Positions 19,968 through 28,782 of a stretch of 40,000 nucleotides of DNA are shown piece by piece. Each line of letters opens with the position of its first letter. Position 1 is the first letter of the stretch. Made by a program: the position numbers and the translations under genes. The stretch covers positions 3,025,709-3,065,708 of the forward strand of contig NZ_CP092587.1 of NCBI RefSeq assembly GCF_023920225.1, in the 5' to 3' direction. The stretch is from Vibrio gazogenes. GTDB lineage: Bacteria > Pseudomonadota > Gammaproteobacteria > Enterobacterales > Vibrionaceae. The notes beneath the pieces were generated by a model. It did not search any database, was not told the DNA's origin, and saw nothing but the letters and a program-made list of their open reading frames with translations.

Positions 19968-20057
19968 AATCAGTCACGACTCAATCAAAGGCTCTTTACA
20001 CCAGATGAATATATACAAAACATTGTACACATACGTAAAGAGCCCATATTGATCTAA

Positions 20058-22205
20058 TCACGCATATGCAACATGTGATTTAAGTCGCGCTTTCATTTGA
20101 CTATATTCAGACTGAACATGGTTTTCAGCCCATGCCTGATCCTCAATCGCCTCAACCTTGACAGCACAATACTTGAATTCAGGTGTGCTCGAAATCGGAT
20201 CAACATGCTCAATCGTCAGCTCGTTACATGCACCGATCCACCATTGATAAGTCATGTAAACCGCACCGACATTAACCCGCTCTGAAACATTGGCGCGCGT
20301 AATCACTTTGCCTCGCCGAGAAGAGACCCAAACTAACTGCTGATCAGCGATGCCCCGTTGCTTCGCATCCTGTGGGTTCATCTGTACGTATCCCGGTTCA
20401 TCTGCCAGCGTTGAAAGTGCTTTGCAGTTGCCCGTCATCGAACGACATGAGTAATGGCCGATTTCACGAACAGTAGAGAGAACGAGAGGATACTCGGCAT
20501 CCGTTTGTTCCAACGGTGGACGCCAAGGCGCACCGATAAACTTCCCTTTTCCTGATGGGGTGGCAAACTTATTGCCTTCAAACAAGAACGATGTTCCGGG
20601 GTGGTCTTCCGTCGGGCAAGGCCACATCACAGATTTCAGTCCTTCCATTTTTTCGTAGGTAACCCCGGCAAATAACGGGGTCAGTGCCCGCATTTCATCC
20701 CAGATTTCTTGCGTATTTTCATACTGCATCGGATAGCCCATGCGCGTGGCTAGCAGACTGAAGATCTCCCAGTCAGGTTTGACACCTTCTGGCGGAGTGA
20801 CCGCTTTGTAAAAACGCTGGAATCCCCGATCAGCACTGGTATACACACCTTCATGTTCACCCCAACTGGTTGATGGGAAAATAATGTCAGCCATTTCAGC
20901 GGTTTTGGTCATGAAGATATCTTGCACAATGACGAGGTCTAACTGACGCATGGTCTCGCGCATCGCATTCAGATCAGCTTCGGTCTGCGCAGGATCCTCA
21001 CCAAAAATATAAAACGCCTTACAAGTGCCGTCAGCAACTTTATGACCGATGTCAGTCATACGATAACCGGGGGTTGCTGATAACTTCACGCCCCAAGCCT
21101 GCTCAAATTTTTCACGAATCTGGTCGTCAGCAACTGATTGATACCCGGGAAATTGATGGGGTAACATCCCCAAATCACAGGTTCCCTGAACATTATTCTG
21201 GCCTCGAACCGGACCACAACCAACACCACGACGGCCAAAGTTACCCGTCATTAACGCCAAAGCCGCCAAACCGCGTACCACATCAACAGCCTGACCGAAC
21301 TGGGTAACGCCCATGCCCCATAAAATCATCGCACCGGAAGATTTGGCATAAGTCCGAGCCGCTTGCCGAACTTCAGCCGCTTTCAGTCCGGTCAGATGTT
21401 CGACTTTTTCAGGCGCATAATCCATGACGATCTTACGGAATTCATCAAACCCTTCGGTGTAATTTTGCACATACGATTTATCATAGAGGTTTTCATCAAT
21501 CAGCGTATAAGCCAACGCATTGACAACCGCCATGTTGGAACCGTTTTTAAGCGCCAGCCATTGATCAGCCACCCGAACCGATTCAATTTTTCGCGGATCA
21601 CAGACAATGACTTTTGCACCATTGTCACGCGCTTTAAAGATGCGTCTCGCAATCACGGGATGAGAGTCAGCAACGTTGTAACCAAAGATCAGCAAACATT
21701 TGGCTTCTTCAATTTCAGGAATGGCATTACTCATCGCACCATTACCTACCACGGATTCCAAACCGGCAACCGAAGGGGCATGACAGACCCTTGCACAGTG
21801 GTCAACGTTATTCGTGCCTATCACCGCGCGGGCTAATTTTTGCATCACATAGTTGGATTCATTACCCGGCCCACGAGCTGACCCTGTAGTCATAATCGCA
21901 TCAGGACCATATTGCTGCTTGATTGCCAACAACTTCTCTGCTGCAAAATCCAATGCTTCATCCCAAGAAACCGCTTCAAGCTTGTCACTTTTGGTGCGAC
22001 GAATCATCGGCTGTTTCAAACGCGGTGTCAGCAATTGGGTGTCATTTAAGAAATCCCACCCATAGTATCCTTTTAAACACAGTTGGCCTTCATTCGTTCT
22101 GCCATTCGCTGGCTCGGCACCAACCACCTTATTGTTTTCAACCAGTAGGTTTAACTTGCATCCTGTACCACAATAGGGGCACACGACTAATTTTTTTTCG
22201 ATCAT
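20058..22205 (-). CDS. fdhF: Formate dehydrogenase H catalytic subunit (molybdopterin, FHL-linked), cysteine variant
   Basis: 715 aa, the same length as E. coli FdhF. It has the N-terminal 4Fe-4S motif CPYCGTGC, extensive colinear identity to E. coli FdhF as recalled, and the active-site block NNVDHCARVCHAPSVAGL with Cys141 (TGT at 21783-21785) where E. coli has Sec140. Confidence 0.94.
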   Translation of the reverse strand: MIEKKLVVCPYCGTGCKLNLLVENNKVVGAEPANGRTNEGQLCLKGYYGWDFLNDTQLLTPRLKQPMIRRTKSDKLEAVSWDEALDFAAEKLLAIKQQYGPDAIMTTGSARGPGNESNYVMQKLARAVIGTNNVDHCARVCHAPSVAGLESVVGNGAMSNAIPEIEEAKCLLIFGYNVADSHPVIARRIFKARDNGAKVIVCDPRKIESVRVADQWLALKNGSNMAVVNALAYTLIDENLYDKSYVQNYTEGFDEFRKIVMDYAPEKVEHLTGLKAAEVRQAARTYAKSSGAMILWGMGVTQFGQAVDVVRGLAALALMTGNFGRRGVGCGPVRGQNNVQGTCDLGMLPHQFPGYQSVADDQIREKFEQAWGVKLSATPGYRMTDIGHKVADGTCKAFYIFGEDPAQTEADLNAMRETMRQLDLVIVQDIFMTKTAEMADIIFPSTSWGEHEGVYTSADRGFQRFYKAVTPPEGVKPDWEIFSLLATRMGYPMQYENTQEIWDEMRALTPLFAGVTYEKMEGLKSVMWPCPTEDHPGTSFLFEGNKFATPSGKGKFIGAPWRPPLEQTDAEYPLVLSTVREIGHYSCRSMTGNCKALSTLADEPGYVQMNPQDAKQRGIADQQLVWVSSRRGKVITRANVSERVNVGAVYMTYQWWIGACNELTIEHVDPISSTPEFKYCAVKVEAIEDQAWAENHVQSEYSQMKARLKSHVAYA

Positions 22206-22245
22206 AATTTTCTCACTATCCCCGATGTTCCATTCTTATGCCGCT

Positions 22246-22794
22246 TCAAACCGAAATGATAGAAGCCTGACTCGCTGCCGCTTCTCGTTTCTGTTGGCTG
22301 GTTTGTTGCAGTGACTCAGGTACGATCAAACGAATAGCCTCTGTCGGGCAAACCTCAACACAAGCAGGACCTTCTTCTCGCTGTGAACACAAATCACACT
22401 TCAGCGCTTGGGACTGAGGCACTTGTTTTTGGAAAAGCGCGCCATGTTCAGACACCGTATTTTTCATTCGGGTCACGACACTCATCGCGCCATACGGACA
22501 GGCAATCACACAAGTCTTACAGCCAATACAACGGGACTGAATCACCTTCACGTAACCATCTTCATGAACAATGGCATGATTAGGGCAAACTTGCGCACAT
22601 GGGGCATCGTCACACTGACGACACATCACAGGAACGGAGACTTCCGCGTTTTTCACCAGTTGTAAGCGAGGCGCAAATTCCTCGGTTCCATTCAAAGTAC
22701 CCGATGACTCATCCTGATGAGCGACCGCACATGCAATCTCACAGGTTCGACAACCAATACACTTATTGGCGTCAGCAAAAACAAATCGATTCAT
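22246..22794 (-). CDS. hydN: 4Fe-4S ferredoxin-type electron transfer protein HydN-like
   Basis: The ORF-track start at 22815 is a TTG. The ATG at 22794 is preceded by AAGGA at 6-nt spacing and gives MNRFVFADANKCIGCRTCEIACAVAH, almost identical to the E. coli HydN N-terminus as recalled. It carries four Cys clusters. Confidence 0.82.
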   Translation of the reverse strand: MNRFVFADANKCIGCRTCEIACAVAHQDESSGTLNGTEEFAPRLQLVKNAEVSVPVMCRQCDDAPCAQVCPNHAIVHEDGYVKVIQSRCIGCKTCVIACPYGAMSVVTRMKNTVSEHGALFQKQVPQSQALKCDLCSQREEGPACVEVCPTEAIRLIVPESLQQTSQQKREAAASQASIISV

Positions 22795-22859
22795 GCTGTA
22801 TCCTTTTTGTGTCAATACAACAGAGTATCTTCAGACTCTGGGGGTGGTTAATCATTACA

Positions 22860-22875
22860 GGCACAACACGTGCCA
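22860..22875 (-). promoter_or_regulatory. Candidate sigma-54 (-24/-12) promoter for hydN-fdhF
   Basis: The minus strand reads TGGCACGTGTTGTGCC, with GG and GC at the canonical 10-nt spacing (consensus TGGCACG-N4-TTGCW). It lies ~65 nt upstream of the hydN ATG and ~136 bp downstream of the 35-bp palindrome. Confidence 0.6.
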
Positions 22876-22992
22876 ATCCGGGAGTTACGATTTAAAATCA
22901 TTTAAGATGATGATTTATAAAAATAAATAAGTGATAAATAACAAAACAAATCCAATCAGGAAGCTCAGTATTTCTTTTGACCTGATTGCCCA

Positions 22993-23027
22993 ATGACAAA
23001 AGTGTCGAACTTCGACACTTTTGTCAT
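22993..23027. promoter_or_regulatory. Perfect 17+1+17 palindrome ATGACAAAAGTGTCGAA-C-TTCGACACTTTTGTCAT, a candidate FhlA enhancer (UAS)
   Basis: Both arms were verified base by base. It begins 7 nt after the hycI stop and lies ~136 bp upstream of the candidate hydN sigma-54 promoter. It shares the GTGTCGA core with the repeats upstream of hyfA. Confidence 0.5.
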
Positions 23028-23033
23028 CACGCA

Positions 23034-23492
23034 TTAGCAATGCTCAAAATCCATGTCGTCATGCCATTCAGACAAAGTTTGATAAATTGTATCGACGGCG
23101 TCTTTGACCATATCGGTCATTGGTGCCGAAAATGCCACAATCGCGGGTTGAATACCGATAAACGTGACATGAGGCACAAAGGTTTTCAGTTCATCGATTA
23201 GAAAGTTCAGCGGTAAGCTATGGGTGGAGACCATAAACATCTCAGCAATCGTGTCGGGATCAATGATGCGAATCTCTCCGGCTTTTTCACCGAAATCTGC
23301 CGCATCAACAACGAGTACACGCTCTGGCTTGATATGACGAATCCGATGCAATGTATCTTCTGGCATCGTGCCGCCTTCTAACACTTCCCAACGGTCTATC
23401 GGTTGCTCCAGACAACGCTTGGCCAGCAAAGGGCCCGCTCCGTCATCGCCCATCATGGTGTTCCCGACCGTCAACAATATTTGTCTGCTCAT
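23034..23492 (-). CDS. hycI: Hydrogenase large-subunit C-terminal maturation endopeptidase HycI
   Basis: 152 aa with VGNTMMGDDGAGPLLA, GEIRIIDPDTIAEMFM and THSLPLNFLIDEL blocks, matching E. coli HycI as recalled. The start overlaps the hyfJ stop as ATGA. Confidence 0.92.
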   Translation of the reverse strand: MSRQILLTVGNTMMGDDGAGPLLAKRCLEQPIDRWEVLEGGTMPEDTLHRIRHIKPERVLVVDAADFGEKAGEIRIIDPDTIAEMFMVSTHSLPLNFLIDELKTFVPHVTFIGIQPAIVAFSAPMTDMVKDAVDTIYQTLSEWHDDMDFEHC

Positions 23493-23941
23493 TGCACCGT
23501 TCCTCGAATCATCAAATACATTGTCGGCTCCCGATGAATGGCATTGAGAATCTCGATCAACCCGGCGGTCAAACGCTGCGACGTCTCAGACTGTGTCGTC
23601 GGACTAATTTTCTGGAATGCCAACGCCAACATATGAATGTGCTCCGGAAAAATCGTGATCTCTCCAAATTTGAGAAATCCTTCCATCTTCCGGTATGCCT
23701 CACTGTCTTTCGGTAATCCCTCAATCCACGCCAAATATTCTTCACCATGACAATCCATCTCTGACTGAAGACAATCCACAATGCCAAGGTGATGTCCAAT
23801 TGCCAGACTGTAGTACATGATCTGTTGCGCTTCTTTAGGCACCTCTTTTTCATCAACAAACTTGCGCGTTAACCGATAAAAGCGCACCCGCTCCTTTAAG
23901 TGCCTTGAATGTGTTTCGGTTTGCGTATCAGCCACAACCAT
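23489..23941 (-). CDS. hyfJ: Formate hydrogenlyase maturation protein HycH/HyfJ
   Basis: 150 aa with the block [21 protein letters not shown]...EYLAWI...RKMEG..KFGEI, colinear with E. coli HycH as recalled. Confidence 0.86.
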   Translation of the reverse strand: MVVADTQTETHSRHLKERVRFYRLTRKFVDEKEVPKEAQQIMYYSLAIGHHLGIVDCLQSEMDCHGEEYLAWIEGLPKDSEAYRKMEGFLKFGEITIFPEHIHMLALAFQKISPTTQSETSQRLTAGLIEILNAIHREPTMYLMIRGTVQ

Positions 23942-24749
23942 GACAAGAACCTCCTTCTTTCAGCGCATCACCGACAAGCTGTTTCATCACTGACCGCATG
24001 AGCGTTTCAACAATCTCGGTCAAACGCGGATCGTTATGTTGATGAATATAGGCTTGGATCTGCGCATCGACATTGTCGGCATGACACCCTTCCAGCACAG
24101 ACATCAGCTCATCGGCAATCCGGTTGCCCTGACGATAACCGGCCAATAAACGCGCCTCCCGTTCGATCATGACGCGAATATCCTGAGGAATACCGGTATG
24201 ACTGATGCTGGCAGGGGTTGCCTCTGCATCATGGGTTTTGGCATGCATTTTTTGTTCAAGTAACCCTAAAGCGACCGCGAATCCATAAAGCGTGGCGGCG
24301 GGTGTCGGAGGGCAACCGGGAATATAAACATCAACCGGCACAATTTTGTCTGTACCGCCCCAGACACAATAGAGGTCATGAAAAATGCCGCCATCACACC
24401 CACATGCGCCATACGACACGACAATTTTTGGATCGGGGGCGGCTTCATAGGCGCGTAACGCAGGCGCACGCATTGCCCGCGTGACTGCACCGGTAAAGAG
24501 TAAAATGTCGGCATGACGAGGACTGGCAACCACCTTGATACCGAATCGTTCGGTATCATAAACGGGCGTGGTGGCTGCAAAAATCTCAATTTCACAACCA
24601 TTACATCCCCCACAGTCCACCCGATAAACATAGGCTGACCGTTTGATCTGTTTTAAAAGTGTTTGCTTCAATGCTTGATGTTCAGGGGTGACTTCAACAG
24701 GCTGTGTCTGCGTATGATGAACACCCGATAATTGCTGAATACCTTTCAC
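23928..24749 (-). CDS. hyfI: NiFe hydrogenase small subunit (NuoB-like), HyfI/HycG
   Basis: GTG start at 24749, preceded by GAGGAGG, overlapping the hyfH stop as GTGA. Contains the motifs [18 protein letters not shown] and IPGCPPTP. It is 273 aa against ~252-255 in E. coli and carries an extra Cys-rich tail ...GGSCHGCG. Confidence 0.9.
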   Translation of the reverse strand: MKGIQQLSGVHHTQTQPVEVTPEHQALKQTLLKQIKRSAYVYRVDCGGCNGCEIEIFAATTPVYDTERFGIKVVASPRHADILLFTGAVTRAMRAPALRAYEAAPDPKIVVSYGACGCDGGIFHDLYCVWGGTDKIVPVDVYIPGCPPTPAATLYGFAVALGLLEQKMHAKTHDAEATPASISHTGIPQDIRVMIEREARLLAGYRQGNRIADELMSVLEGCHADNVDAQIQAYIHQHNDPRLTEIVETLMRSVMKQLVGDALKEGGSCHGCG

Positions 24750-25417
24750 TGTACCTCCTCACGATGAATATCGGTGGGATTGATGTTGGGCATGTGGTTC
24801 GCAGAACAACGGTTCTCTGACGGACTGGGATCTGGCTGATGCGTTGCAGCGATATGTTTGACCGGTATCGGCTCGGCAGTAACGTAGCGGTGACATGCTA
24901 AATTCTGCCCGTCAAGCATGTTGGCCTGACGCCGACATTCAGGGCAACTTTCCAACTGATGGCGACGCATTTCCAGCGACTCACCACTCAACCCAGCGTG
25001 CTGAAGCGTCTCCATAACATAATCGAATAATTTTTTAGCGATGAAGGGGCGATCACATTCTCTGCAATTGACCAGCTCGAACTCGGCCTGTTCATATAAA
25101 TCGGCTTTGTTGGTCACAGCCAGTTCAAACTGTTGTGACAGGACCAACGCATGAGTCGGACAGACTTCTTCGCAGCGTCCGCAATAGATACAACGCGCCA
25201 ATGAAAGCTCCCAGCGACGGGTACCCTTCTGTTCATCGGTCTCCATCACTAACGCATTGGCAGGACAGGCCCTCATGCAGGCACCACACGCAATACATTG
25301 CGCGGGGTCCAGTTCCGGTTTACCCCGAAAGTCGCTAGAGACTTCATACGGTGCAAACGGATACTTGGCCGTTGCATCTCCTGTTTTTAAAACGGTTTTG
25401 AGTAGCTTTAACATCAC
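24746..25417 (-). CDS. hyfH: 2x[4Fe-4S] ferredoxin subunit (NuoI-like), HyfH/HycF
   Basis: 223 aa with [12 protein letters not shown] and [12 protein letters not shown] clusters plus CRECDRPF...CPECRRQ, as in HycF. It has a ~40-residue C-terminal extension relative to the ~180-aa E. coli proteins. Confidence 0.9.
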   Translation of the reverse strand: MMLKLLKTVLKTGDATAKYPFAPYEVSSDFRGKPELDPAQCIACGACMRACPANALVMETDEQKGTRRWELSLARCIYCGRCEEVCPTHALVLSQQFELAVTNKADLYEQAEFELVNCRECDRPFIAKKLFDYVMETLQHAGLSGESLEMRRHQLESCPECRRQANMLDGQNLACHRYVTAEPIPVKHIAATHQPDPSPSENRCSANHMPNINPTDIHREEVQ

Positions 25418-25421
25418 AACC

Positions 25422-27161
25422 TCACATTGATTTCAGGGGTGATTTTTTGCGATTGATGCTGTACTGCTCAATCGTTTTATAAGGCACGGTTTGAGACCGC
25501 TTTTTCTTGGTATCAATGATGGTGACGCGATCCGTACAGGAGTAACAGGGATCAAGGCTCCCGATAATCAGAGGCGCATCGGCAACCGTATTACCCCGCA
25601 GCATATAACGTAACGTCGGCCAGTTGGCATAAGTCGCCGCCCGACAGCGCCAGCGGAATAGCTTCTGATTATCCCCCGTCATGCTCCAGTGGATATTTTC
25701 ACCCCGTGGAGCCTCGGTATATCCCAAAGCAAACCGGTGAGGCACGTACTGAAAGTCTTCAGTCAAGATAGCGCCCTCGGGGAGATGGTCTAAACCAAAC
25801 TCAGCAATATTGAGTGAGTCGAACACTTCACGAATTCGAATCAGAAGACGCGCCTGCACATCACCACTGTCAAAATGGTGTAAATCAAGCGGTACCTGAC
25901 CGTAAGATTCCAGTGATTGACCGTGCACAATCCGGGCATCCCGGGCAAACCCACTCCCGCGTACCAAAGGCCCCACCGGACTAAAATCACGGGCAATGTC
26001 TTTCGCAAGTACACCGACGCCTGAAATCCGGCTGTCAATATTCGGGGTCGAAAGCAGGACATCGACTAACTCGGTAAATGACTGACGAACTTCACGAATC
26101 ATGGCAATGCCCTTGGTACGCTGTTCTTTGAGAAAATCACGCCGCACCCCGCCAATCAAGTTCATACCATAGGTTTTTCTGGCACCGGTCAGTAGCTCCG
26201 CGAGTTCCATGGTTTTCTCGCGAACGCGGAAAAATTGCATGAAACCGGAATCAAAGCCGACAAAGTGACTCGACAAACCGATATTGAGTAAATGGCTATG
26301 CAAGCGCTCGACTTCCAGTAATACCGTCCGAATCATCTTGCCGCGCGCCGGGACTTGAATATTCAGAGCCGTCTCGACGGAATTGTTATATCCCACGCTA
26401 TGGGTAAATCCACAAATCCCACACACCCGATCCGCAAGAAAGCCCACTTCGTGGTAGCCCATCCGCGTCTCTGCTAATTTTTCCATGCCGCGGTGGACAT
26501 AAAACATCCGGTAATCGGCATCGATAATATCTTCACCATCAACAAATAAGCGAAAATGGCCGGGTTCATCACTGGTGATATGCAAAGGGCCGACGGGAAC
26601 GATGCGGTCAGAATCACTCCCCAATTCATTGATAAACGGATAAGTTTCCGTATCAGTTGTCGGCTGCGGACGCTGACGGTAATCCATGGCGTCTTTACGT
26701 AAAGGGTGCAAATCCTCCGGCCAGTCATCGGGAAGAACCAGACGACGCTCATCCGGCAAACCGATGGGGCGCAGACCGAACATATCCCGAATCTCACGCT
26801 CTCCCCACACGGCGGCTGGGATCTCAGGCGTGATTGAGATAAATTCCTGATCGTTGGCATTGACCAAGACTTTGACGATCACCCAGCTTTTGACTTCACC
26901 TTCCATCGATAAGGCATGATAAACACCGAAGCATCCGTTCAATACACGTTCATCATTGCCAAAAGAAACCGATAACCATCCCCCTTGGTCATAGTAGAGC
27001 CATTTCATCACCTCAACCAACGAGGTCATTTTGACGGTCAACGTCACCTGATTGTCAGCCTGCCAAGCTTCATCCTCGATTGCCGCTGGAAAATATTGAC
27101 GCACCCCATCGACATAGCGCTTCCCGATCTGATGTTGCGTATTTCTATTCAATTGGTCCAT
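25422..27161 (-). CDS. hyfG: NiFe hydrogenase large subunit (NuoC-NuoD fusion type), HyfG/HycE
   Basis: 579 aa with the N-terminal Ni-Fe ligand motif RVCGICGFTH and the C-terminal DPCYSCTDR. The latter is followed by a ~32-aa tail (VTIIDTKKKRSQTVPYKTIEQYSINRKKSPLKSM), consistent with a HycI-cleaved extension. Confidence 0.96.
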   Translation of the reverse strand: MDQLNRNTQHQIGKRYVDGVRQYFPAAIEDEAWQADNQVTLTVKMTSLVEVMKWLYYDQGGWLSVSFGNDERVLNGCFGVYHALSMEGEVKSWVIVKVLVNANDQEFISITPEIPAAVWGEREIRDMFGLRPIGLPDERRLVLPDDWPEDLHPLRKDAMDYRQRPQPTTDTETYPFINELGSDSDRIVPVGPLHITSDEPGHFRLFVDGEDIIDADYRMFYVHRGMEKLAETRMGYHEVGFLADRVCGICGFTHSVGYNNSVETALNIQVPARGKMIRTVLLEVERLHSHLLNIGLSSHFVGFDSGFMQFFRVREKTMELAELLTGARKTYGMNLIGGVRRDFLKEQRTKGIAMIREVRQSFTELVDVLLSTPNIDSRISGVGVLAKDIARDFSPVGPLVRGSGFARDARIVHGQSLESYGQVPLDLHHFDSGDVQARLLIRIREVFDSLNIAEFGLDHLPEGAILTEDFQYVPHRFALGYTEAPRGENIHWSMTGDNQKLFRWRCRAATYANWPTLRYMLRGNTVADAPLIIGSLDPCYSCTDRVTIIDTKKKRSQTVPYKTIEQYSINRKKSPLKSM

Positions 27162-27173
27162 GTCATAAGGCCT

Positions 27174-28778
27174 CTAGTTGATCGATTCAGTCAGAGAAAC
27201 AGCCGATAGACTGTCACTGCTTGAAGAAATATGTTCTATCCCTTGTTGCCAAGGGAGATTGAGTGTTTCAAGGAGGGGTTGATCGGGTTGATTAATGACA
27301 ATTTGTGTCGCTTGCTCGACACCATGCAAAATCGTGTTCGGAATATGGGTCCCCATCACAACCATTAGCACAATCAGCACCACCAGCGGACACACGGTCA
27401 GATAATTCACTTCCCCTTTTTCAACATGCTCAGGGGCGGCTCCCATCACGCATCCCGCAACCATCCGGGCAAATCCAGCCAGAACCAGCGTCAACAGTAG
27501 GAGTAAAATGATGATTAACACCGGATGTTGGGCATACAACCCGGAACAAATAATCAAAAATTCACTGACGAAGAGATTAAATGGAGGCACACCGCCAAGC
27601 GCGAGGGCACCGGCGCCAAACAGAATACCGGTCCATGGTGCAATCCGGACCACACCTTTGATGATACTCATGTCCCGGGTACCGTACTTCAACATGATAT
27701 TGCCGGCGCCACAGAACATCAGTGTTTTACCAAGACTGTGATTCATCATATGCAGCAGTGCGGCAAAAATCCCCAGCGGACCAAGACCAATCGCGAAGGC
27801 GATTAATCCCATATTTTCGACACTGGAGTAAGCTAACAACCGCTTGATATCTTGCTGAACCAAAATGAATAATGCAGCCACCCCAACCGATAGCAGCCCG
27901 AATCCGAGCATCAGAGAGCGGGCAAAATCACTGCCAAGCACGATAGAACTGATGGCGAAATGACGCAAAATGATCAGCAGCGCGCAGTTTAACAACCCTG
28001 CTGAAAGCAATCCGGAAACCGGGCTGGGCGCTTCGGAGTGCGCATCCGGCAACCAAGTGTGCATGGGAAATAAACCGGTTTTGGTCCCAAACCCAATGAC
28101 GATAAAGATAAAGGCAATTTGCATCAGGCGCGGATCAAGCAAATGCGCGTGATCCCGTAGCGTTGTCCATAGCAACGCCTGCTCCGGCGCATCGAATACG
28201 GCAACGGCATTAGCATAGGTCATCACGGTGCCGAATAAGCCAAATGCAACCCCGACACTGCACAACATGATGTATTTCCAGGCCGCTTCCAGTGATGAAC
28301 GTTGATAGTACAAGCCAACCAAAAAGACAGAACTCACGGTTGTTGCTTCAATCGCGACCCACATCATCATGATATTGTTGGCCGTTAAAGCAACCAGCAT
28401 GGTCGCCAAAAACAGGTTGAACAGCCCGTAAAACAGCGAGACTTGCTTACCTGACAATTCACCGTGTTGATACTCATGCCCGATATAACCGACCGAATGG
28501 ATCCCGGTACACAATGCCACCAGCCCGAGCACTGCAAGGAACAGTGCGGATAGTCCGTCGAGCATCAGCCAATTCCCGGCAGAGAAAATCGCACCATGCT
28601 CGAACACTGCCGCGGCCATCCCCCAACTGATGCCCCAGGTTGCCACGACACTGACAAGATGGATCACCATAGATAATTGCCGGAATTGGTCTCGTAGCGC
28701 AATACAAACAAAAGCAATCATTGCTGCGATGAAGGGAATGCCAAGCAAAAACGGAAATAGATTATTCATTGACATCAT
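27174..28778 (-). CDS. hyfF: Antiporter-like membrane subunit (NuoN/M-like), HyfF
   Basis: 534-aa polytopic protein with an Mrp/NuoLMN family block (TGLFPMHTWLPDAHSEAPSPVSGLLS, KRLLAYSSVENMG). Its position and size match E. coli HyfF (~526 aa). Confidence 0.9.
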   Translation of the reverse strand: MMSMNNLFPFLLGIPFIAAMIAFVCIALRDQFRQLSMVIHLVSVVATWGISWGMAAAVFEHGAIFSAGNWLMLDGLSALFLAVLGLVALCTGIHSVGYIGHEYQHGELSGKQVSLFYGLFNLFLATMLVALTANNIMMMWVAIEATTVSSVFLVGLYYQRSSLEAAWKYIMLCSVGVAFGLFGTVMTYANAVAVFDAPEQALLWTTLRDHAHLLDPRLMQIAFIFIVIGFGTKTGLFPMHTWLPDAHSEAPSPVSGLLSAGLLNCALLIILRHFAISSIVLGSDFARSLMLGFGLLSVGVAALFILVQQDIKRLLAYSSVENMGLIAFAIGLGPLGIFAALLHMMNHSLGKTLMFCGAGNIMLKYGTRDMSIIKGVVRIAPWTGILFGAGALALGGVPPFNLFVSEFLIICSGLYAQHPVLIIILLLLLTLVLAGFARMVAGCVMGAAPEHVEKGEVNYLTVCPLVVLIVLMVVMGTHIPNTILHGVEQATQIVINQPDQPLLETLNLPWQQGIEHISSSSDSLSAVSLTESIN

Positions 28779-28782
28779 ACAA

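Noticed and set aside
21363-21836. Long antisense or overlapping ORFs inside well-supported genes, for example 21363..21836(+) 157 aa in fdhF, 5502..5951(+) 149 aa in mreC, 6329..6727(+) in mreB, 14863..15276(-) in hypF, 26474..26860(-) in hyfG and 32316..32687(+) in hyfB.
   Set aside because: Each lies wholly within a gene that has strong family motifs in another frame. Their translations are compositionally odd (Arg/Ser/Pro/His-rich) and there are no RBSs. They are treated as non-coding shadows.
20058-22205. Selenocysteine recoding (in-frame TGA plus SECIS hairpin) in fdhF, as in E. coli.
   Set aside because: The 715-codon frame is uninterrupted and the homologous codon is TGT (Cys141), so no recoding is needed.
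22993-23027. The 35-bp palindrome read as the Rho-independent terminator of the hyf-hycI operon.
   Set aside because: The stem is AT-rich and is followed on the minus strand by UGGGCAAUCAGG rather than a U-tract. The shared GTGTCGA core upstream of hyfA and the enhancer-like distance to a sigma-54 promoter fit a protein-binding site better. A dual role is not excluded.
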